DNA of 64,000 nucleotides, from assembly GCA_024614665.1 (NCBI GenBank), contig GCA_024614665.1_4861.1; one strand, 5' to 3'. The DNA comes from a phage. Below the pieces are notes generated by a model that was not told the DNA's origin, ran no database searches, and saw nothing but the letters and a program-made list of their open reading frames with translations. This document shows, piece by piece, positions 56,604 to 64,000 of this stretch (position 1 is its first letter; each line of letters begins with the position of its first letter). The position numbers and the translations under genes were made by a program.

Positions 56604-58711
56604 TTCATCCTCTGTCGTTGGATTAGCTCTTTCAAGCTTTCCATCGATGCGACGTTACGAACGTCAGTGTTGAGTTGAGAGACGAGCGCTTGAATACGAT
56701 TCTTGTACATGAGCTGTTGTACCGGGTCGGCTACAACTTGACTCTGTCTAATCATCGTTTCAATTTGCCCCATCAGTTGTTGTTGCTTTTCTTCTTCCTC
56801 GACTGCAGCCTCTTCATCGAATTCACCTGCCATGCCCCCGAGCATATTGCGGTTGCGCATCATCAGTCGGCTGTTACTTATACCGTAGTGGCCTAAGTTG
56901 TTGCCGAACAGAAGTAACCACATTGCCAGAAGCCAGGATATTACCAGGTCATCGTGACCGGATGCACGGTGGTCTATGCGCCCGTTTCGTTCGACGAGAC
57001 CGAGGATTTGGTCGATCAATTCGCCTGACCGCAGTAAGTCCGCAGAAAGACGCAACGCCGTGGTAAATACTTCACCATACAACTTACGGCGTTTATCCTG
57101 GTCGGTTGAGAAACCGATGTATTTACGGAATTTGTCCCAGAAGCGCTCTGGACTGCCCACAGGGCCACGATGGAACTCTTTGTAAAGTTCATCGTTCCTT
57201 GAGTAATCCTGGGTCACTTTCACGTACAAACGACGATGCAAATCGCGAACCTTAGATTGCAGCTGCAGTATGATGGCATCTGCTACCGAGGAGCCGGTAG
57301 ACCGTCGTTCCAGAATGAGTACCGTGTTCGGATATTCGATCATGAAGTCTGCTAAGTGAATCGCAAACCCGATGACGTTCGTTTCGTTCACGGTGAGCTT
57401 GCCGGCATATTCGGCAGTGACAGAGTTGACGATTGACATGGCAATGGCGTCACGTCCAACGGCTTCGGAGGTATCCAAACCGATGATGTGGCGGTCTTGC
57501 ATTTTAACCAGCATCTGTTCTTCAGTGTAATACCAATCCGTTACGTAGTTGGAAGCAGAGATAATTTTCTGTGCTGCCCGAATACGCGAGGCGTTCATAC
57601 GTCTTGCATCATCGCCTGAGAACGGTTTGTTGTAACCACCGGTTGTCCATTCACCACCGAAGTCACGGCGGATTTGGTCTGGTGTACCTGGGGCGTTCGC
57701 AATCATATCTGCGAGTTCTTCGTCCGTGGTACCGAGTTGGCGGTGGTTGTATTTCACGTAGAACATGATACGTGGAATCTTCGCAGTAGAGCCTTTGCGA
57801 ATCATGTCAATCAGTTGTGCACGAGTCGGAATGTCGATATACCGTTCATCCCACGAAATCCCCGACGTCATCAGGCTGTACATGTACTCACCTTCTTCTG
57901 TCGCCAAATCCCCAGGTGTTGTTGCGAAGACGTTGCCGTATGGAACACCTTCGGCTTCGTTAATACGACGCGCCGCAGTACCCGATGCTAGTGCAGCGGG
58001 GAGGATATGGTGGATGTTGTTGGTAAACGGTCCTTCATCCGAGAACAGGCGTCCGGCTGTGAGTCCACGGCCTACCCCGTTCGCAGCTTCCTTATCGTTT
58101 TGACCGATGCCGGTGATAAGTTTGTTACCCTGCGCTAGACATGCAAACGTCTCACGGTTATCAGGATCGTCCGGATGATGAGGCCAGAGGTAATCCGGTA
58201 ACGCGTTACGCAGTTGTTTCATTTTGTTGATAGTTTCTTCACGCAGGGCAGGACCCTTCGTGATAAGAATCGTACGTGAGTTCTCCAGGAAGCGCATCAG
58301 CCACAATAGCAATGCGGACATCCCGACAGTTTTACCATGCTGACGGAGAAACTCGATAGCGGCGTCGATGTTGTTGAAGAAAATCCAATACATCGAAAAG
58401 TTACCGCGGTCTAGACGAAACGGCATCCCGTTTTTTACACCATCCGCAGGGACACGGACACATTCACGGAAGAAGTACCATGGGTTTTCCGCGCACTCCG
58501 TAACAATCATCGCTTTTTGTTCGAGTGTTAAATCCGGGCTAAATGGATCAACACCACGGAGTTCGGGATTGTGTAATGCCAGGTGGACGTACCAATGCTG
58601 GACACCTAATCCTTGTAGTGTTGTGGCGAACTGAAGGAAGTGCACATTTGGTGTGACATCGTCAACAATCGCGCCAGGATAGTGTCGCCAATCGTTTTTT
58701 CGCAGTATCAT
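56600..58711 (-). CDS. terminase large subunit
   Basis: Walker A-like RQHGKT (T4 gp17 has SRQLGKT); C-terminal nuclease-like IIGLDTSEAVGRDAIAMSIV; GGAGA SD. Confidence 0.75.
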   Translation of the reverse strand: MILRKNDWRHYPGAIVDDVTPNVHFLQFATTLQGLGVQHWYVHLALHNPELRGVDPFSPDLTLEQKAMIVTECAENPWYFFRECVRVPADGVKNGMPFRLDRGNFSMYWIFFNNIDAAIEFLRQHGKTVGMSALLLWLMRFLENSRTILITKGPALREETINKMKQLRNALPDYLWPHHPDDPDNRETFACLAQGNKLITGIGQNDKEAANGVGRGLTAGRLFSDEGPFTNNIHHILPAALASGTAARRINEAEGVPYGNVFATTPGDLATEEGEYMYSLMTSGISWDERYIDIPTRAQLIDMIRKGSTAKIPRIMFYVKYNHRQLGTTDEELADMIANAPGTPDQIRRDFGGEWTTGGYNKPFSGDDARRMNASRIRAAQKIISASNYVTDWYYTEEQMLVKMQDRHIIGLDTSEAVGRDAIAMSIVNSVTAEYAGKLTVNETNVIGFAIHLADFMIEYPNTVLILERRSTGSSVADAIILQLQSKVRDLHRRLYVKVTQDYSRNDELYKEFHRGPVGSPERFWDKFRKYIGFSTDQDKRRKLYGEVFTTALRLSADLLRSGELIDQILGLVERNGRIDHRASGHDDLVISWLLAMWLLLFGNNLGHYGISNSRLMMRNRNMLGGMAGEFDEEAAVEEEEKQQQLMGQIETMIRQSQVVADPVQQLMYKNRIQALVSQLNTDVRNVASMESLKELIQRQRMK

Positions 58712-58755
58712 ACAATCTCCATACCTCCACCCCCGAAGGGGTGGAGGAAGGTTTG

Positions 58756-60399
58756 TTACTCGATGTGGTGCGCCAGCATTGGCGTAGCCGCGAGGTTAAG
58801 CGTATCCGTAGGAGTGCGACGAATCCAGCGAATAACTAACGAATCGTCCAGAGCGATACGATAATCTACCGTTTGCTCATTTAACCACTCATCGATGCTG
58901 TGGGTGTAAACCTTACCACCGACATGCACCTCAAAGTGTGTAGGCTCGGGAGCCTCAGATTCATTACGACGATCGTAGAGTGGATAAACCGGCTCATACA
59001 ACGCTTTAAGCCACTCGGCTTTAGAGGCACAACCACAACGAAGGTTCAGCGTGGAGTAGTTGACGTTAGAGTATTTGAACTCTGCCCAAATTTCATTACC
59101 ATAGACCAGCCCATCAGGCAGGTACTCGATAAGGAAGTTGGTGTTCAACTCGTTACCTGGGTTAACCAGTGTGATAGCGAAAGACTGCGCCTGGATGAAT
59201 GCACGGAACTGTGGATTCACTTTGCTGATATCCACCTGCACGTTCAGACGCTGTTTCACACCCATCAATAGTGGGTCGAAAGTAGTCCCTGTGGTGTACT
59301 GGATGTTTGCGGTCGCGTCGTAGACTTGGCCGCGAGTCAGGTTGTACAATAGGAACGACAGACGATAGCCACGGTTCGCATCCAACCAACGCGGAACCAC
59401 AAACAGCTTCATGGAGTACGCCCCATCAACAGTTTCGGTCACAGCGGTATAGTCTTTGACAATCGTATCTTTAACGATATCGGTGCCACCGTAGGTTTCA
59501 CCACGGGCCAGCTGATAGCTTAACTGGCAAGGTAACTCATTACCGGCGTTTGACGCAATGTAGAATGTGTCGTGAGCACCAGAGTTGCGCAGACCGTTAA
59601 ACTTCACACGCGAGCCATCAATAGGTAGGCGTTTGGTTCCGTCGCTGTACTGGATGTCACACCACAGCGGAATAGATTCCAGCGGGATGTTAATCGGCAG
59701 CGTCAGCGTAGTACCGTTGTCGTCTACCAGGAACGGAGAAACCAGTTTAATACCTAGCACAGTGCGAGACGGAGTCTCTTGCGCCATCACCAGATTGGTC
59801 TTGATGATGTGACCGTGAGCGATCTGAACAACGTTACCGACGTCGGAGTAGACTAGGAAGGTACACTCTTCGCCGTTACTGACTTCGGCCAGGCAGCTCC
59901 CAGGAATCGCTTGCTTCACCACGGTTTCTGCGTCAGCCGCACTGATAGTCTGCACCGGCAGATAGTTCTTTTTCAGAACCCCGTCTTTGTAATAACCAGA
60001 CAGGATTTCCGCATCATCGTTTACAGATGAGCCACGCAAGATACGCACACCGTCGATATCGGGACCGTTGAAAGTGACGGCATCATCGATGACCATCGTC
60101 GGTGGAAGTTTGGTGCTGTCCACGTAGACGCGATATCTGTCAGAGCGTAGTGGGTAGTGACCATTAAGACGCCCGTCTTGGTTTGCCACACCAACGCCAC
60201 CGAACGGTTCTGTTTCCCACGACGGTACCGAATAGTTTACGCTAACCACACGGTCAAAACCGGAGGTCATGTCGTTCACGATAAGGTCACGTGGGTTAGG
60301 TACGTAACCTGTTGGTTTGTTTGGTTCGTACAATTCACTCGGGTCCCAGACTTCGAACCCGCGATCCTTGTCGATTAATTTGGACGCAATCTTCGCCAT
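58756..60399 (-). CDS. hypothetical protein (possible virion structural protein)
   Basis: 547-aa ORF rich in T/N/G/V. Confidence 0.7.
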   Translation of the reverse strand: MAKIASKLIDKDRGFEVWDPSELYEPNKPTGYVPNPRDLIVNDMTSGFDRVVSVNYSVPSWETEPFGGVGVANQDGRLNGHYPLRSDRYRVYVDSTKLPPTMVIDDAVTFNGPDIDGVRILRGSSVNDDAEILSGYYKDGVLKKNYLPVQTISAADAETVVKQAIPGSCLAEVSNGEECTFLVYSDVGNVVQIAHGHIIKTNLVMAQETPSRTVLGIKLVSPFLVDDNGTTLTLPINIPLESIPLWCDIQYSDGTKRLPIDGSRVKFNGLRNSGAHDTFYIASNAGNELPCQLSYQLARGETYGGTDIVKDTIVKDYTAVTETVDGAYSMKLFVVPRWLDANRGYRLSFLLYNLTRGQVYDATANIQYTTGTTFDPLLMGVKQRLNVQVDISKVNPQFRAFIQAQSFAITLVNPGNELNTNFLIEYLPDGLVYGNEIWAEFKYSNVNYSTLNLRCGCASKAEWLKALYEPVYPLYDRRNESEAPEPTHFEVHVGGKVYTHSIDEWLNEQTVDYRIALDDSLVIRWIRRTPTDTLNLAATPMLAHHIE

Positions 60400-60401
60400 G
60401 A

Positions 60402-62915
60402 TTAACCCTTGATTATCAGATACTGATTAAGCTGCACTTCGCCATTCAGATAACGTTCATTGACGCGGTCTAAGAAAGCAAAGCCAAGTTCGTTGATTTC
60501 TACCGTTTCGTACTTCACATGCGGATGCAGTTTCACAAACGCTTTATCGTAACCGATATAGGCCGGGTCAAACGGCAGGAGGTCTTTATAACGCTCCATG
60601 ATGTTATCCAGCTGTGACGTCGAGATACGATACTCTGGATCGTCTTCCCGCAGAATCAGAATACCTTGCAAGTAGTCCCACAAGATCTTGTTCAGGGTTG
60701 GCGAATAGAGGTGATACAGATACGGCAACGGTACCGGGTTAACCGGTGGGGGTGTCGGGAACCAGTTAGACAGATAAGCCTCGACGCGTGTATCCAAATC
60801 ACGGGCAGTGTCGCGCAAGTCGTACGTATCGCCGCTTACCAGCGTCCGCAACGGAATAGTCGGATCGTCGACCGAGTATGGGAACCCGTCTTGTACGATG
60901 TCGACACCTACAGTGTTGTCTTCACGGAACACGACTTCGTCACGCAATAGCAGTGAACCACCACCCACGACACGAATCACTTTGTCGTCACGGCAATCAA
61001 ACTGGCTGTTATTAGACAGCAGTCCGCTTGACACGAAACCGTGTTTAGGAATACGGAGTTCACCGGTCACGCCACGACAACGCACTGAGATTTTATTTGT
61101 ATCCCCGTCCGCCATCCATGCTTTACAAACCACCACGATTTCCGGCCAGCGGGTGTGGTAATCGATACCGTGCACCAGTGGGTGGTTGTTCAACCACACT
61201 TCAACCGTTTCCATCGGTAGCCACAGCGTGCGCTGCTGCCCGTCTTGGTTACGTGCTACAATCGGAATACGTATCTGACCTTCCGACACCTTAACATCTA
61301 CTTCGAAGAACAGATGGAAGTCGTCGTAAATCACTGTCGGGTGACGTCGTGTCCGATCTACGGTCCAGGTGATTTTATTTCCGTCGCGGGTATAATCCGT
61401 TCCTTCCTCGGCTTTGTAGTAGTCGTTAGTTGGAACTTCCCCGACGACCATTCGAATCCAGAGCCCAACGTTTGAACCTGGCTCAATTTCAAAGTCAGGT
61501 GCGTTGTCAACAACCTTCACCGCATCCGAGACTTCGCCTGCAATAGCCTCGATGATTCGTGCTTCTGGATTGCGAGGGATGTAAACATCGTAGCCTGCAT
61601 TACGGTGATGTTCTAACAGCAACCCATCGGCATCGTACTCGTATACAGTTGACAGCGTTGCCAGTAAGTCGGGCAGAGTACCACGATAACCACCGGATGT
61701 AAGTTCCAGACGCTGTGGAGTGTCGGCACTGTAACGTGCGGCGGCATTGTAGCCGTACGCGTCAGTGCAGAGATCGCGTGTGATGTTCCGGAGTTTGGCT
61801 GCCGCTAACCGATTCGCTGCCGATTCTTCGAGCGCTGCTGCGGTCCACTCCGGTACGTTGGAGTTTGCCCCCACCATCGCACCGATGATTTGCTCGTCGT
61901 TAAGACGATAGAGATCGTGCGTGTGGGTGGAATTATACAGCGGCTTCAGGTCAAGGAAATCGTCACGTATCAATAAACGAATCGTTAGTTCGTCGATATC
62001 ATTCATCGGGGTATTGAACGCGGTGCGGTACTTCGAAATCCGCATCGAAGGAATCGATAGATCGTTCCACGTCAATTGTCGTACGGCCAGATGGCGGTGA
62101 CGATGGTAGTAACGCCCCTCACCTTTCCACAACAACTGAATTTCACAGTCGTTGTTGAAAATCCAAACGCCGTCCCCTTTTGGAATGTGCAGCAAGTATT
62201 TTCGTGTTTGGTCAAGCGTTGAGTAGAACGTTTGCAAATCCCCACAACGGTATTCAACCACACGACGAATACGTCCATCGACACGGATTTCAACATCATC
62301 CCATGCTTTGATATCCCCAGGTTTAGGATCGACAATCATCTTTCCGTTTACCCAGAAATCGACATAGCCGATTTTCTGGCTCTTCAATAGATTATAACGG
62401 TCTAAGACGATCTGGATCTGTTGTGGGTTCGGCGGATTATACGGTTCGATGAACGTCGGTTTAACAACAGGAGCGTTTTCACCGCCATCATTACCGGCAT
62501 AAATGCGCAGATAACATGGCGTGTCGTCTAACCACTTGTAGCGTTCCGTTTGCGGAATCGCCATGTAAATCTGACCAGAGAGTGTCCGCCAGAAATACAC
62601 AGAGTTCGACGGGATAATTGTCCCATCTTCGTTGTACACCTGCATCCACGCATGGAAGTTATTTACACACGTAGTAAGTTTCTTCCAGCGCTCAAGAGGG
62701 ATGCTCAAGTTGCCGTAGTTGAGGTGGAGCTTGTCAATTACAAACGCGTGCCACCACCCCTCGCCCGGTAAAGGAATCGGATTACGCCCGTGCTTGAAAA
62801 ACCCGATCGCTCCGGTCTTTTCAGTTAATCGAAAAGGCGCAATGTTCAACACCCCATCGAGGTACGGACGCTGCCACGCATTTTTAACGGCGTGAGCGAC
62901 CAGCCAGTTCTCCAT
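60402..62915 (-). CDS. hypothetical large protein (837 aa)
   Basis: Long ORF with AAGAGG SD. Confidence 0.75.
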   Translation of the reverse strand: MENWLVAHAVKNAWQRPYLDGVLNIAPFRLTEKTGAIGFFKHGRNPIPLPGEGWWHAFVIDKLHLNYGNLSIPLERWKKLTTCVNNFHAWMQVYNEDGTIIPSNSVYFWRTLSGQIYMAIPQTERYKWLDDTPCYLRIYAGNDGGENAPVVKPTFIEPYNPPNPQQIQIVLDRYNLLKSQKIGYVDFWVNGKMIVDPKPGDIKAWDDVEIRVDGRIRRVVEYRCGDLQTFYSTLDQTRKYLLHIPKGDGVWIFNNDCEIQLLWKGEGRYYHRHRHLAVRQLTWNDLSIPSMRISKYRTAFNTPMNDIDELTIRLLIRDDFLDLKPLYNSTHTHDLYRLNDEQIIGAMVGANSNVPEWTAAALEESAANRLAAAKLRNITRDLCTDAYGYNAAARYSADTPQRLELTSGGYRGTLPDLLATLSTVYEYDADGLLLEHHRNAGYDVYIPRNPEARIIEAIAGEVSDAVKVVDNAPDFEIEPGSNVGLWIRMVVGEVPTNDYYKAEEGTDYTRDGNKITWTVDRTRRHPTVIYDDFHLFFEVDVKVSEGQIRIPIVARNQDGQQRTLWLPMETVEVWLNNHPLVHGIDYHTRWPEIVVVCKAWMADGDTNKISVRCRGVTGELRIPKHGFVSSGLLSNNSQFDCRDDKVIRVVGGGSLLLRDEVVFREDNTVGVDIVQDGFPYSVDDPTIPLRTLVSGDTYDLRDTARDLDTRVEAYLSNWFPTPPPVNPVPLPYLYHLYSPTLNKILWDYLQGILILREDDPEYRISTSQLDNIMERYKDLLPFDPAYIGYDKAFVKLHPHVKYETVEINELGFAFLDRVNERYLNGEVQLNQYLIIKG

Positions 62916-62925
62916 AGTGGGCCTC

Positions 62926-63831
62926 TTACTTGATGTTCAGTGGTTTGGTGTTTTGATTCAACAGAAGGTTGTAAGTGAATTCAAACTTATCGCGTTTCTT
63001 AGCGGTGTCTGACTTCTTCACAATCCCACCTAACCGACTGCGGTTAAACATGTTATTATCCAGACAAGCCTTAATCATAACGAAGAGGCTAGGCGGATAT
63101 TCGATGGCGCTAGTAGCGAGTTGTTTTTCATAACTCACCCCGAAGAAGCTGGTATTCAACATCTGCTGCAGAGACAGAATGCTCAGGTCACGCACCCGCG
63201 GAGTGATATCTGCAGCCTGCACCATTTCGACGAATTCTGCGATATTACGCGGGAAAAGATATTCTGTGTGGCCTGTCACTGATTCAAACAGTTCCGCAGG
63301 TAAGCCTAATTGCTGCTCCAGCATCTGCTGCAAACGTAACGCTTTCACGTCATCTTCGACGTGGTTATAGAACTGCCCCACTGAGAATAATGCAGCCAAC
63401 GCTTTGATTTGCCCACTTTGATATGGAGCAAGTGCAAACGTGTGGGTAATCGCATCCGACACCCATTTGCTGAAAATCTCATGGTGGTAGGGCATCTGTG
63501 CCATCAGTGCAGCAAGCTTACCATTACTCCGTTTCCACACCAATTCCCAGCGAGCCTGGTCGAGACGCAATGCGTGTTCGACTGGGTTTCGTATTTTTAG
63601 CTCGTTGGTCTTATCCAGCGTGGTAAACGTGGCTGCGTATACATAAACGTCGTCGCCGATAACAATCGGCAAAGGAAACGGTTTTACATCAGCGGTCTCA
63701 ACAACGTAATGAACTTCATCGGACTGCGAGACAGTTTGGTTAAGTTTACGGGCTAATTCCAGGTCTGCCTTGGTGCGAGTAAGGTCGATTGCATTAAAGG
63801 GATTACCGCTGTAAGCGTTTTCGAGTGCCAT
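62926..63831 (-). CDS. hypothetical protein
   Basis: ORF 62926..63993 trimmed to ATG (MALENAYSG) with AAGGAT SD. Confidence 0.6.
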   Translation of the reverse strand: MALENAYSGNPFNAIDLTRTKADLELARKLNQTVSQSDEVHYVVETADVKPFPLPIVIGDDVYVYAATFTTLDKTNELKIRNPVEHALRLDQARWELVWKRSNGKLAALMAQMPYHHEIFSKWVSDAITHTFALAPYQSGQIKALAALFSVGQFYNHVEDDVKALRLQQMLEQQLGLPAELFESVTGHTEYLFPRNIAEFVEMVQAADITPRVRDLSILSLQQMLNTSFFGVSYEKQLATSAIEYPPSLFVMIKACLDNNMFNRSRLGGIVKKSDTAKKRDKFEFTYNLLLNQNTKPLNIK

Positions 63832-63896
63832 GAGTATGATCCTTAGTATGACCATCAGGTCTTTAAGACGAATATATGGAGACGTTCCATGACTTT

Positions 63897-64000
63897 TATT
63901 CCACGAAACGGCGCGCCGTTGAATAACAAGCAAGGTTGGCAGGATAACTCTGTCCCCGAGCTTGTGCGTACCCCTACGGGTGACGCAATTCATAAGCCGC
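63897..64000 (+). CDS. hypothetical protein (5' fragment, continues beyond window)
   Basis: ATG at 63897 with GGAGACG SD; open frame to window end. Confidence 0.35.

Overview
This window reads as a segment of a phiKZ-like jumbo bacteriophage genome with enterobacterial-type codon usage: about 60 densely packed CDSs, mostly on the minus strand, no CRISPR arrays and no transposase or integrase. All protein calls rest on motifs read by eye in the supplied translations; no database search was run. Recognisable genes include split multisubunit RNA polymerase subunits (a beta C-terminal-like, a beta-prime C-terminal-like, and a beta-prime N-terminal-like gene that appears interrupted just upstream of its DFDGD catalytic motif, probably by an intron), a second beta-prime-like fragment, a terminase large subunit, an SF2 helicase, a DEDDy exonuclease-domain protein and a separate polymerase-like protein with a DTDS motif (possible split family-B DNA polymerase), an Mre11/SbcD-like nuclease, an SSB-like protein with an E. 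coli SSB-type C-terminal tail, an HslV-like peptidase, and a strongly codon-biased 617-aa protein (major capsid or nuclear-shell candidate). A 4-kb gene-poor region (49.15-53.19 kb) holds a tRNA-Trp(CCA), two atypical tRNA-like elements, large GC-rich ORF-free stretches full of inverted repeats, and a 109-bp almost pure AT island flanked by alternating CG tracts and 7-bp direct repeats. A near-palindromic motif AGATAATATCTATCT recurs seven times, six of them 30-65 bp upstream of start codons. The most interesting leads are the interrupted RNAP gene, the recurring motif, and the tRNA-adjacent structured non-coding region with its AT island.
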